Assembly: GCA_964270895.1 (NCBI GenBank)
Contig: OZ185436.1
Direction: 5' to 3' (one strand)
DNA: 64,000 nucleotides
Source: Podarcis filfolensis
Lineage: Eukaryota
Of the stretch, positions 10,296 to 23,987 are shown piece after piece (the stretch's first letter is position 1; the number at the start of each line of letters is the position of its first letter). The notes under the pieces were generated by a model that saw only the letters and a program-made list of their open reading frames with translations, had not been told where the DNA came from and did no database searches. The position numbers and the translations under genes were made by a program.

Positions 10296-12822
10296 CTTTA
10301 GGCAAAAGAAAGGTGTGATCAGTACCAGAACCAAGCTCACATGTCCTTTCACACAAAAATCCATTCCTGACCCCCCCTTTTTTAAGCAACCTAATCTAGG
10401 TGAAAGTTTCTCAGTTGTTGCTACTGTAAAGCAACTGGGAGTGTGCAACCTTGCAGTTCTACAGTAAGTCACTCAGAGACCTGCATGCAAATCCCAATCA
10501 AGCTCTGGACTTATGACCCAGAACCCTGATACTTCTTTGGCTTGTAGACTATCTAAAGATTTAAAGGCAACACTTAAAATGTATCATTTAGAAAGCCAAG
10601 ACTTCCATAATTAGCTCCCACTTGCACCTTCAGCACAGAGGAAATTTGAGGTGAGTATTTAAAAACCCATGTTGATTGAAGCAGAGCTTTCCCATGGAAC
10701 ACTATTTCTTGGTTCTCTGGGCTCCTGAAGATACTCTCATGTAATAAAAGCTGGACAATCAGGAAAACCAGAGAGCCCAAAGCCCTCAGAAGTTTCTGAA
10801 ATGACCTAAAGGGGGCCTCAACCATTTCAAGGGTTAAAGAAAACTGAGCAATAAGGATCCTGGAGGGCAGTGAAAATAGTCAATACTCAAATGAGGGCAA
10901 CAAAGCTAGTTTTATCAAAATGGACTGGTTTGACTGGAGAAAACAGACGGGAAACTCCACAATGAAAACTGCAGCAGAGAAAGACACGGCAGCCTTGCAG
11001 AAAGAACAGCACCGTGTGGCACAGCCAAAGGATCAAAGGATTTTGGCAAGGTTGTAGCAGCTTTTAGTTTATTGGATTCTAAGCTTGCCAAACAATTCAA
11101 TTTCTAGGAAAGTCAGTTTTGTATGAGACTTGAAAAAAAGAACTGTGAGGAATAAAAGGAAGGCCCACTGTAAGGAATAAAAGGGCATTTTCTACTATGT
11201 TAGATCCAAACCAACTTCCCTCTGCATTCCAGGTGAGCAATGCAAAGCCCTACTTACTACTAATTAAAGCTCCCAATACTGTGACGTGTATTGGAATATG
11301 TTGCCAGGAAGAAACAAATATAACTTTGAGAAAATAATGCCTGCGCTGTAGGACTGTAGGTCCCATCTCCTGTCTGAGGCCAACTACCACTCTGACTAGA
11401 CCCAAGCACAGAGTGACTTGGCCACAGTAGGAAAACAACCACAGGATGAAGAGAAAGGAACCCTTTTCCGGACCCCAACCCCCCTATATAATTACTCATA
11501 GTGTTCTTGGGCTATTTGCAGCTTCAACAAGCAGCTCTGGCACCTCCAAACTACCTATTAAAACAGCAACACAATGCAGTAAACAGCACTGAGCGAAAAA
11601 GGTGAGGATTATTTTCAGCAGTTCCCTCTCAGGACAATTATTCTCAACCACTAAGCTGTGAGGCTGCGTTAACAGGAAAAGTGGCCATCTTTGGGACAAA
11701 CATGAGCTCTTAAAAGTAGCACTGCTTTTTTTAACCTCCTGAGAGAAGGTAACAGGAGCCAGGATTGCCGTTTGATCACAATTCACAACAGAGGGGACTT
11801 TAATATCACCCAACAACCTCAGTGATGACAGATCACACTTATGGTTGGAAATCACCAAAGGATTAGATACCAAGCAATGAACATGCCTGTGTGAAGTAGA
11901 CTCAACATGACCAAGAAACAAATGGATTCCATGAACAAATATTGGACTTGAGAATGCTATATGGATCTGTGAATTGGTGACCTGTCACCAGAAGAGACAT
12001 GCATACAACATATTTCACTCTGAAAGAGCCTCATGACTGAGGCATGATTACAGCTAGAGAATGGATCTACTTAAAATTGCAAATCTAGGTTTTGAACTTC
12101 CTCACATTAGCCTTGTTTGTAAGATTGCCTGCTAAGTCATGGATCCAGACCAATTTCTCATCTACTCCAAAGACAACAACAAAGTTATAGGCCACTTAAG
12201 ATTCCTTAATATGCTCAGTTATTTGATCTCATGCTCTGCAGAAGGCCGAGCTGTAGGCTGGGCAAAAATTTATGCCCTCTTTTGACTTCTGAAACTGGCT
12301 TTGATCCCCCCCCCCCACAAACACTCACACATCCTTTCATACCCAAAGAACAAGACAAGTTATGAATGATCATAGAATCCCATGAGGCTTCCACTGCAGC
12401 TCACATTTATTGATAAGCTTTGTCAGACTGTGGAGATGTACTTTAACTCCTGTTGATCAATACATAATCACCTGGCATGTCCATTTAGGCCAAGTGGGCT
12501 GCCAAGAACAATTACCCAGCAGAACAAGATTTTAAAAACAGCCTTCCAATTATTTACAAAGAGCTTTAAAAAAATAAAAATAAATTAATAGCCACCCTAG
12601 TACACGCATACTAGCTAAATTAAGGACAAGTATATATGCACAATGAGCTGGATGGGTGAGTGTGGAATTGTCACTTAAAATTTAGATGCCAACACAACGT
12701 TTCACAACTAAGCACCTAAACTTTCCCTTCAAAGCGGCAAATCTAGACAGAATTTTGCAAGATTCCAGATTCCATTAAAAAGAGGGCGAAGCATAGGATT
12801 GACACATCTTTTAAGTATCAGT

Positions 12823-12880
12823 ATTTGCATCTAAATGTTGATCAATGGCAATTTGCATATATTTAAATGAACATGCAAAT
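12823..12880. promoter_or_regulatory. Cluster of three perfect octamer (ATGCAAAT/ATTTGCAT) motifs, candidate enhancer
   Basis: atttgcat at 12823-12830 and 12851-12858, atgcaaat at 12873-12880; not inside a recognisable repeat. Confidence 0.4.
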
Positions 12881-15079
12881 GTGCAAAAGCTGTTCATTTG
12901 TGTCAGATGTGGCAATGCTCCCAATCACCCAACAACTCCAGTTTTTTCTCCCATTAAAGCCACAGTGTAATTTATTCCCATCTATCACCCAAACCTTGAA
13001 ACCACCACCAGCAAAGCAGTAGAGTTGCCACGTAGCGGGCTATAAACCATCCTAGTTGGGTTTTATTTGCTTATCCTCAGTGCAATTCAATGGAGAATTT
13101 TTAATGAACATCCCCTACCCACCCCAGCACTCCCCTACCCAACGGAAAGCAGCAACCTGACAAAGCAGTGGCAAGAGAGAGGAGCCTAGACTGCCCAAGA
13201 GGAACAGCACGTGTTGCCCAGCAGGGAGGAAACGTGAAAGCAAGGCCCAAGCAACAAGCTGCTGTTACTACCTCTCAGAAGGAAAGAAGCCGTTCTCTGG
13301 ATAAGTCCTGATGGAGGAACAAAATGGTGGAGAAAGGCAATGAGGACACAAAAAAGAATATAAATACACAGATGTAAAGGTAATGAAAGATTAACAACCA
13401 TGTGTTGTCTCCATTCGTCAAGATGAGGCAAGATAATCACAATACTAATAATGAACTCCTACTGCAAGTGCAGATCTTCATGTGGTCAAAAGGCACCACA
13501 CAGATACAGATACAGACACAGAAACAGACACACACACAGCAGTCTGGGGAGAACTTGAGGTTTGCAGAAGTAAAAACCAAGAGCAAACTTGAGCAAGAAG
13601 TAATCCTTTGGCAGATCACAGCGACATAGAATATGTGCCCAATCTTCTTGAGCGACATGTGACTACCTGAATCTGCTCCAATATCTCTACCTTCCTTTAA
13701 TGTTGTGTGTGGGTGTATTTATAAACTAGAATATGGTCCATGGTATTAAATTACTCAGGTTTGCAGAAACAAAGCTGACCAGTATTTCTGCACTGAGAAT
13801 AAACTTATTATAAAGTTCATTGTGTTTTCATGCTGGCAAAATTCAGAAGTACATAGTATTCCACTAAGGAAGCTGAAAGAAGCAGGCAGGTGTTTAGTTG
13901 CCCTGCAGGGTGGGGTTCCTGGTTTGCTGGTGTTTGGGAGTGCAATCAGCTAGCACTGAGTTTCAGAGCCAAAGCAGAAGGATTTGCATGTTCAAGCACA
14001 AACTGCTACTGGCAAGCAGGTATGTGTGTGATTGTTATGCTCCTTTGACTAAAACGGAAGGATGAATCCATTGTAGATTATTGTTGGGAATACTGCCCTT
14101 GGAGGTCCTCTGTTTGCCGCAATCAGCTCCAGGCACCAAACAGCAAACAGAAAAGGAAATTGGTCTTCTTTGACAAATGCAATAAAGAATACAAAAGAAA
14201 ACAGAACAGCTCAGAACAAAGCCTCCTGCTGATGTTTACAACGATGCATGCCCAAGTTTCTGCTTAAAGCATTTTCTGAACTCAAAGGAAGAGCCCTCTA
14301 AGAACACGTTTCGCACATCTTGCTTCTCAACAGGTTACTATTTCCCCCTTTCTTTCATTTCTACTGTGCAAACTCTGCAGCCTCTCCTATTATTCACTGC
14401 CTACCTAAACCATCATTCAGCATACAGGCAAACTATATGTAGTGTAAACTGCAACTAGACGGTGTTGCAGTGAAAGATGGCAGACATGCACGGACAGGAG
14501 TCATAATCAGCTGTGCTGGGGAACAAGGTGGGAGTGATGCAGCAGCACAGAATATAGCTGCTCCAAATGCCAAGTTAGTAAACAAGACTACTGATCACTC
14601 CTGCTGACAGTTATTAGCATATTATTGTTCATCACATGTGCACTACACTTCAAGTGCCATGTTTAACCTGCCTTCATTGACCAAAGCCAACTTCAAAAAT
14701 GGACAATGACGTTTTGGCTGAACAGCAATCCTAGCTACAAACAGAACAGAGGGCTACAGTGCCAATCTACTCTCATACACTGCTACCCTGTAGAACAGGG
14801 TGGGGAACCTTTTATGCTTCCTGGACCAGATCTGTAATGGGATCACCCTCACAGAAGTGGAAACAAAAGAGAGGATGACAGGAGAAAAGTCAAAGAGAAA
14901 CACCACTTCTGTGACAGATTCGTCCAATCTCTTCCACCTCATCAAAGAGAAGTAGTATAATACAGGTGGCCTGTGGAAGCACGTGGTTCAGTCCAGCTGT
15001 CAATTGGTCACTGGCTGTGGTCAATTCCATTAGCTTTATAAAAGATCAAGAAGGGGAATAAAGCAAGTAATTGCCTTAC

Positions 15080-15105
15080 CAGATCTCTTCTTTCCAATTG
15101 GTTCC
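15080..15105 (-). CDS. SH3PXD2B: SH3PXD2B short coding exon (exon 6 equivalent, 26 nt): (E)EPIGKKRS(G)
   Basis: Acceptor ttttctctttctcag|G GAA CCA ATT GGA AAG AAG AGA TCT G|gtaagg. Phase 2 to 1 bridges the neighbouring exons exactly; similar to mammalian EHIGKKKSG. Confidence 0.93.
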
Positions 15106-15948
15106 CTGAGAAAGAGAAAATAAACTTGATTAACAAGACAACGTAACAAGCCCTGTCTATATGGCTGTACATAAGTTGTTAACATGAAGAAGAGTCCAGA
15201 CTCTGGATAGTTCTTGGTCCAGAATCTGCAACTGTATTTATTTTTCTTTTATACCACTTTATATTTTGAGAAATCTATAAGCAGTTTACACATCTCAACA
15301 AAAATAACTATATATGATATAAATTTCACATTCAAGTTGCTGCTAATAGTTTATTTATTTTTTATAAATTGTTTCATAAAATATACACATCACTTGTTTA
15401 CAAATAGAAACCTCAAAACAGTTCCTGCAAATACAGTGTCTGTCCCTGAATCATCCCTTTGTTCCAAGAAATGAAAGCTGTGACAAAGATACCAGCCTTT
15501 CACCCAACCAACATGTGCTTTTAATTTGACAAACGTGCAGCACTGACCTGATGCAGGGTTTGAAGGCAGACTCACAACACCAGCTAAAATGATAGCTGCC
15601 AACTAAGCTTCTCCCCCCTTTTAACATAAACTTCTCAGTAAAAGCCTAACTGCATTCACTTGATAGAGAGGCCTCATATTGATGTGGCCGATCTAGCCAT
15701 GATAGCTATTTCACACAAGCTGCTATGTAGTGGTTGCAATTCCCATACAAGATTCTTGGGACCACAAAAACAGCTCTAAGAACATGTAGCGCACTAAGAT
15801 CAATCTTTTATTTTGTTACTGTAGGGAGATTTACCTCCCGGTAAAAACCACCTGAAAGCAAGCCATGTAAGATAGTTTATTATATACCTGGTATCAACAG
15901 AACTGTGTCTAATGAAAAGTTTCCTTTCATTAGACTCATTTCATAGAC

Positions 15949-16084
15949 TAGGCACCCCCAATCTTCGGCCTTCCAGATGTTTTGGACTACAATTCCCATC
16001 ATCCCTGACCACTGATCCTGTTAGCTAGGGATCATGGGAGTTGTAGGCCAAAACATATGGAGGGCCGCAGGTTGGGGATACCTG
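15949..16084. mobile_element. hAT-type palindromic MITE (136 bp), same family as 10168
   Basis: Inverted arms and perfect 8-bp TSD tcatagac (15941-15948, 16085-16092). Confidence 0.9.
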
Positions 16085-16160
16085 TCATAGACTCATAGAA
16101 TTGTAGAGGTGGAAGGGACCCAACACATCATCTAGTCCAACCACATGCAATGCAGGAATC
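16085..16160 (-). mobile_element. CR1-type 3' tail fragment
   Basis: catagactcatagaattgtagaggtggaagggacc...catctagtccaacc...tgcaatgcaggaatc. Confidence 0.75.
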
Positions 16161-18939
16161 ACATTTGTGTAGTGCTAAACCAGGTTTAGCATTAAATTTG
16201 AACATGGGCAATGCATCTGCACCAAATCACAGAAAACATTTTTCTTATGCAAAATTATGTTAAGAGCACTGAAAACTGTGACCGTTCACAGGATGTGCTG
16301 CAGACTGCATTCCTCTTTCCAGGGATGCCAGCAACAGACTCTGGCGAGAAACAGCTGGTGCTCTCATAGCCTTAGAAACCAGACATAGGGGCCAAAGAGC
16401 AACTCAATAAAACATATGGATTCAAGTAAATTTCCTGGGTCTGAGGATTCTCCAATACAGACAGCAGCTCAGACAAGATGTAATAATGCTCAACCACAGC
16501 TTGATCAGCAAACATGATAGGAAAGGCAGAAGCCTAAAGGATAAATAGCCAATCATATGGAATCCACAGTATTACATACACAAGCAGGCATGAGCCTGGT
16601 TCCTAGGCATGCGAGCAAACTAAGGTTTGCACAGTTTGTCATTTCGCCAGAATCTGGCCGTGTACGTTTGCTGAGAACCAAAAAAGTAGGGGGGGGGTGG
16701 TGATACGGGGTGTAGACATCAGAGGCTCAGGCTTACTTGTACACATAACACCAAATCAGTTTGGCATTACATCTATACCCCAACAGAATCTCATGAAACA
16801 GACAATCAGCAGAGGGGCAATAATAATCAGGACAGTATCAGCCTTAAGCATTTTCTTTACTTGTTGGGCATCAGGGGAGACAGAGATTCCAATGGGGACC
16901 CAACTGGGTTCTTCCTGTCTAGCATACAACTGCAGTGCCTTGAAAAAGGTTGCTTTTCTTTCTTGTCTGCTAAATGTATTAACACATCACTTCCCATCTC
17001 TTTTCTGCTATGCTTCATGTCTGGATGAGGAGGGGGAAGGGAGGCTGCACTTTTATTTTCTTGCCAGGACCTTCTCGGGTTGACCAGATACACCTCTGAG
17101 AGCAGTAATTCAAGACAAGACAGGAAACTGCAGTCAGCTTGCAGCAACCTGCAGCTTCCTCCCTTCTGCCTATCCCCCCACTCTGCAACAGGAGAAAGCA
17201 ATGTGGCATTGGCCCATAAAAATACCTCTTAGAAAGGCTAACAAGTGAAAGAGCATAGGGATGTTACATGTTTTAGCTCACAGGTCTGTTTTCCCAGGGG
17301 CGGAGGGGGATACTAATCAATCTGCCCTAAAGTAATTACAGAACCCAGTCATTACCAAAAATGAGGACAATCTTGAAACAAAACCAGTGTTTGTCTTTGC
17401 ATCTCATTCTAAGAAAAACAAGATCAACAAAGTGAATGCTCAAAACAGAAGGCAAGTCTTCATTTTTTCTGGCAAAGAATGACTACTAATGGGAGACTTT
17501 CAACACTTGCTCTATACAGAAATCTTGGTACCATCTTTGGGCTTCTAGGAACAAACCCTAGGATGTTTTGAGAACAATTCTCAATAAAAAGTTGATGTCT
17601 TCCATAACAGGACACAAAACATCTGCAATTGAACTGAGCACTCAGAAACAATCTCTAGCACAATCTGTCTCATGAAGTTATGTTTGTGCAAAATATATAC
17701 AGCCTGAAAAATAGGCTTAAATTTTTAATATATAATATAAATTATAGTCCATATTGTACCACTTCCAAAATGACGGAAGGTATTTGATATTGCTCATCAC
17801 CAGCTTCAAATGTAGCACAAAGAAGGGTCAATTTAAATTTGACGGATGGGGATTACACAGAGGCCACTTAAAAATGGGTGCTTCACGTTTCTGGAGTAGT
17901 ATTTAGAAGTCTCTTAGCCTGTGCCAAGATGGTAGCTATGGTGCCCTGAAGAGAGGCTGCATATACATGGGTGAGTGTGTGGTCATAATCTTTTACAGTT
18001 ACACAAAGCACTGTGGAGAGAAAAATGAGTTTTGGCAACTTTCACATCAGCACCATCACATTTAAAACTGACCCTAAGTAAAATCCTGTTAATTGCAACT
18101 GATGCAAAAAATGGAGTTTGACCAGGCAGCTCACATCAGCTGAACTCTTTTTCTGACCCATCTTTCCTCCTGGCTCCCTCGCTTTGATTTACTGGCAGTG
18201 CTGCAGGAAGCTATCAGTTACTACAAATACCGTTTCAGCCTTCACCTAGCTATATGTCTCTAAGTATGCTATACAATAGCAAATTCATTCTATGAAATGT
18301 GGCTCTTTTTATAGCCAAAATGACACCATTCGTGCACAAGAGGAAGGCATTAGACTCAGCAGACTTTCCTTTGGGGAGGAAGGGAGGGAGCTTACAAAAA
18401 ATCTGAAGGGGGCCCCCTGCAAAACAGCCGCCAATAAGGACTGAGCCTGGCTCAGCTGGCAAATAAGGTCAGCTGACTCTGTGTATGTGTTTGTGTGTTT
18501 ATTATTTATTTTAAAAATCTATAGTCCCACTTTTCACCATCTAGGGCTCAAAATGTCTTATAATTATAAAGATAAACAAGCACTGGTGTATGGTGTAAAC
18601 ATTGGTGTTCCACAGAATCAGGGAAGGCAAGCACAAAAGCCACCCCGGAGTGGTTCAAACATACACACAGAGGCAGCCTTGAAGAAAGATGGTAGAAAGA
18701 GGATTTTAAAACTGTATTGCTGACCTGCAAGCAATAGCCCAAAGGATTAAGCCAAAGGAATCTGAGAGTTTTAGATTGCTACCTTAATCAAAGCGTGGCT
18801 ACTACTACATCCAGTTTTTCTAGGGCAGAAACTAAATAAAGATTAGGTCAAGGAAGGTGGTTAAAGAACAAGCTAAGGCTTAAATCAGGTATGAAGGAGA
18901 ATAACTCAATCCTTTGAAGAGAGTTCAAGAAAGATGTTG

Positions 18940-19392
18940 ACAGTGTGAAGCAGCTGTGAAAAAGGCGAATTCCATGTTGGAACACTGTGTCCCCTTCTGG
19001 TCGCCTCCCCTCAAAAAGGATATTGCACAGCTGGAGAGGTTGAGAAAAGGGCAACCAAAAACATTCAAGAAGATGGAGCAACTCCCCTATGTGGAAAGAC
19101 TGTAGAATTTGAGCCTTTTTAGTTTAGAGAAAAGGTGAGTAAAAGGAAACATGTCAGAAGTGTACACAACTATGTACGGTGTAAAGAAAACGGATAGGGA
19201 GAAGTTTTGCTCCCTCTTTCGTAATATTAGAATGCAAGGCCATCCAACGCAGCTGAATGCTGGAAGATTCAGGACATACAAAAGAAGGCACTTCTTCACG
19301 CAGTGCAGAGTTAACTATGGAATTTGCTCTTCCCGCAAGACTTAGTGATGGCCACCAGCTTGGATAGCTTTAACAAAGGGACTAGACAAATT
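18940..19392 (+). mobile_element. CR1 LINE ORF2 3' fragment, degenerate with an internal deletion
   Basis: Translated pieces resemble the CR1 ORF2 C-terminus (AAVKKANSML, FWSPPLKKDI, GHPTQLNAGRFRTYKRRHFFTQ; ORF 19151..19345). The ANSMLG segment is joined directly to the EHCV segment. Confidence 0.85.
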
Positions 19393-20390
19393 AATTCACT
19401 GTGTATCTTTTGAGTTTAAATTCTGTGGATGTTTGAAATTCTGAACATCCATTCCAGAGACAAGGCTCTGATGCCATGTAATCAAAGCGCAGGCTTTATG
19501 CACAACCCCCAGAGGCCTCCTATTCAGTGATCCTGCAGATCTATAGATAAGGCACCAAAAATTAGATAAGCCACTAGAAATGTTTGTCAAGCACATTCCA
19601 CCACAGATCTGTAGCTGCAGACAAAAACCTCGCATCTCCTTCTCCCTGCCATGGTGTAACTCACAGTGTATTATATTTATAGTGTTCCTTTTAAGAGGAA
19701 TGGCTCTGCCCTCGTTAACATTACCGGAACACAGATGACAAGATGTACACAGGTCTCCAAGACAAGTTACTGGAAAGAGCAAAAAGCCAGCAAAGAGCCT
19801 AATCTGTCCTGTCTGTTGCTTCTCTCTGGTAGAGTACAGCAGATTGTTCTTAATAGCCACTTAGGAGTCTGTGCATGGAAAGCTCAAGGCTCTCAGCATG
19901 AGGACTGTTAGCAGCTAAATCCCTTGACTCAGCAATGGCTTTTTTGTCGCACACATCAGACTTTCACAGCTTCACTGCTGCGCTCCTTTATGCCACTAGT
20001 GGGGGAAGGGGGAAGCCTATTTCAACTTGAGAAAAGAAAAGAATACAAAGAGGCTTTCAGTTCCTGCGTGTCCTGGGACTTTCACAGATCCATCCAAGCA
20101 GCCTTACTGCTTTCCTAAACCACTAAGTTTCAAAAGTTGTTACTAGATGCCCAGTCTTGCCTTCCCACTTTGTCCATGCAACCTTGGGCCCAATTAGATG
20201 AGACCAGTCCTAACCAACATGGCTAATGGCAAAGGGTGATGAGAGCTGGAGTCCATCGTCATCAGGAGTCCCGTGGGTTCCCTATCCCTGCTCTAGCCCA
20301 CAAACACTTACATAACTATAAATATGTTTGCCTAAAGCACTAACTGGAGCCTTCTTTTATTTTATTTTTTTGAACAGAAGTCTCTGATTG

Positions 20391-20637
20391 GTTCACAGGT
20401 TATACCAAGCCAAACCATGGTTTGGCACTAATGCACAAGCATGTAAGTTCTTGGAGAGAAGAGGTCTGTTCTTGATTTACAGCCCATGGTTTGTCTAGAG
20501 GAGACAAACCATGGTTTAGCTCCAAGTAGGACAGCAGCAGCACACAGAGTGCAGAACTGCAGGGCCAGCTGTGATCTTCTGTTCAGGAACATGTGCATTC
20601 CTGCTAAGCAATGGTTTTGACTTAGTGTTATGTGAAC
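20391..20637. mobile_element. Degenerate palindromic non-autonomous DNA element built on aaaccatggttt units
   Basis: Ends gttcaca/tgtgaac; 18-bp perfect palindrome gccaaaccatggtttggc at 20409-20426; 13-bp-stem hairpin at 20484-20514. Confidence 0.55.
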
Positions 20638-23600
20638 ACTGAGCCTGTACAAGTAATCCTCTGGAACTAATGTAATTGGAAACTTTAATGAAATCAGGCT
20701 ACAATCCTGAATGCATAAATGAAGCAGGAGGAATAATCTGTTAGGTGGAGGAGTTTTTAATATGAACAAACCATTATCAGAAAGATTGCTATATTTGGCT
20801 TTCAACATGATAATGTGTGCTTCACCTCACCACATATTTGCTACTTTATGATAAGGCATCTTCCTTTTACTGCAAGACCTGGCTCCAATTCAAGGTCCCA
20901 AAGAAAGTGTTTATCTCACCCATGAGTTATGACATCCGACCAAGCCCCAGATGCAGCACTACAATTCACCTAATTGTGGGTTTCATCGTGTGATTGGTAG
21001 GTTTGCAGCATATCAAGTGGTGCAGCACTGGGAAAACTGTTCATACCAGTCCCTCCAGAGGAGAGAGTCAAGGACTTTTATTAATTAACATTTTGAATTG
21101 TAGCTAATAAATATCCATCGAGTATTCCAGCTGGGCCATGAAACACAACAGAGATGTCCTTGAGACACAACAGCAGCTTGCTGCTGGCAGCCGAGAGGAA
21201 TCTATTAAGCCACTCAGAACGGCAAGTCCTCTCTTTCTTATTATCCTTCTAGCAAAAGGCCAAAGGAAACAGCAAAGGGCTCACTCCATTCAGAGAACCA
21301 CTACACAAGGATGCATAAATTAAGCCTCACTCTAATGTAATTATCAGGCACAAGAACACAAATATTGTTGTTTATTATATTTATCCATCCTAGCTGCTCA
21401 GATGTATAAAAGATTTATCTGTGAATGTGTGACAAGAGGTTTCTGTGAGTACCAATTAGCTTATCTTAAATTTAAGATTATTATTACAGCAAGAGGATAA
21501 GAAGACAAAGAAGGAAGTACAATTACCTCTCTCCCCCAAAAAAATTGTGCCTAAGTTTGTAATTCAGGCAACATTTTCCATTACATCTATAAAGGAGAAC
21601 ACCTTTGTCCCAAATAAGCAAAAAGGACATTTTCTTTTAAAAATCGACTCATTCAAACCACCACAAGCCCCCCCCCCAACTTTTGCAAAAGAACTATTCA
21701 ATTTCTACTTCATTGTAGTTCAGCTTCCTGGTCAATTTCAGAAGAAATTCCACATAGGAGACATTGAATGGGCTTTGAAGTGCTTCAATAAGGAGGACTA
21801 TTTGGAGGGTTTTCTGTTGAAGGGAGAGGTGGTCTTGGTTTCCCCCCCACAAGGACATTCGGAGTTGCGGCAGCACCTCTGAATATTGGACTTGTAGATT
21901 TTTTGCATATTGTTAGTATTGCAATGGAATGAATAAAACAGCATATAGTAAGGCAGGTCATATGGAATCAAAGAGAAGGTTAATGCAGGAAGGTTCAAAG
22001 AGCCAGTCCCCAAATATGAGTAGGTAGACAGATGTCCGAAAACTGTAAAGGAAGGAACAACTTGGGCTAGTGCAATTATTTATCTGCATGTGGGATCTAA
22101 AAGAAATTCCACATACAGTAGAGAGAAATCTAGCACATACAAACTCCATGGTCAGGAGCAAGACTGCATATACTAGAGACTTGGTCTTGTTTGTGCAGTA
22201 AAAATTAAGTCTGGGCAGGCTCCGGACAAATGCCTCTTCAAAATCTAACCCCTCCTGTCTACAGTATAGAGCACTGAGGTTCTATAAGGGTTTTAACAAA
22301 AGCCCACAGCATACACCCACTTCCAGAATGATGCAGAAGCTATGCATGATGCAGGCCTGTCTTCAACTTATGTTTTTCATTGCATTAGTTGATGAATTAG
22401 CAAAGGGACATAGGGTTAATGGGCAAAGACATCTTAAATGCAGGATGGATGGAAACATAGGCTGACAGCATGTTATTAGTTAATGGGTACTAAGCCCTTG
22501 CGCCAATCTAATCAACTAACTGGCAGTCATAAAAGAAACTATGACAAGCCAAGACGTCAAGAGAAATCAAAGAGGAAAAGCAATATCAATATGCGCCCAA
22601 AGGCAAATGGAAACATAAAGCCTGCCTGTATTGAAAGAGAACAACCCTTTGCGGCCAACTTGGGTGCTGAAAGACTCCATGTTCTAACACAGATAATGAC
22701 AGAACTCTCTCTTCTCATTCCTCTGAAATACACATTTCTCCATGTCAACTTGCACAATCTATATCTTTGCACAATTAAGTGCTCTAGTGTCATACAAAGA
22801 CAGAAATGAGATAGTGGTTGGTGTCTTATGCTCTGAATCCTCAACAAAAGAGCTTCTGGCCTCAAGCAGCTCATAGTCACAAGACCGTGTTGCGTCATGC
22901 AGGGAAAAAAGAGAGAGATTGCTGATGTTCCTTGTTTTGGGTGGAAAACAAACATGTGGTTACTGTTTGTCAGAATAAATTGCTCAAGAAACTGGCAACA
23001 GTTAAACAGATTTTGCTTGGGGTTGCTCCTAAATTTTAAAAAACCACTACAGGCTGTTAGGCAACCTCCATTGCTCTGGGTGGAGAAAGGCATCTCTGAC
23101 AGCTTACTGTGCATTTCTGTAAAGTTATATGGTTGTGTGTAATTAAGTCCTATCAGGTGAAATAAGTCACACCAGCCATATGGCTCTACTCTGAGTATGA
23201 CTCAGATGGATATATCCTATGATGTTTACTATCCAACTATGAAAGTTCAAAGGCCAGTGATACTGAACAGAACAGATGCGGATAATCCTTTGTATGCCTG
23301 TAAAAATCAGTTTTCTTTATTCTTCGCAGCTAAAATTATCTAGGCAAGTGGCTAGCATGTATGATGTATTCTATTCTGTATTTTATTTTGTTGTAAACCA
23401 GTTGAATCTAGGATTATAGGTGATTCACAAATATTTTACATAAATAATAAATAATAAGGATGATGAAACTGACACACATGATTACGGTGAGGGAAGGCAG
23501 GCAGCAAGATAATCACTTACTGAATAAGGGAGTCTGCCCTTTATTGGGCTGTAGTACAGGACTCAATTAAATGCATTTTGGTACGGGGGAATATAGAAGG

Positions 23601-23987
23601 AATGCATCTTGGCTCACACAACTTTGTTAATAGTTATAACAGAATTTGGTTTCTAGCACATAGCAGTTTCACTATCATATTATATGTCAAAAGTTTCCAG
23701 TTACACTTAGAAAATTTCTAGGCAAGCTCTTAAAAGTTCCAGCTATGCTTTAAATTGTATTTAATCATGATAGTTACAATCCATATATATTGGTTGTATG
23801 CACATAACCACATCTTATGCTTTTGTATTTATATTTCATAGTAAAAGTTCAATTTTAAAAATGTGGGCAAGTAAATGAAGGGAGTGCACCTCCCCCATGT
23901 ATTGGAGAAATTGACCTCACAGATATAAAAGATCAGATTTCAAAGTGGCAGTGACTCTCTCTTTAATGAAGCTGCCTTTATTTTGAT

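Noticed and set aside
14849-14914. 12-bp inverted repeat tcacagaagtgg / ccacttctgtga near exon 6
   Set aside because: It lies next to a degenerate hAT TIR (cagggtggggaacct) and is probably a transposon remnant.
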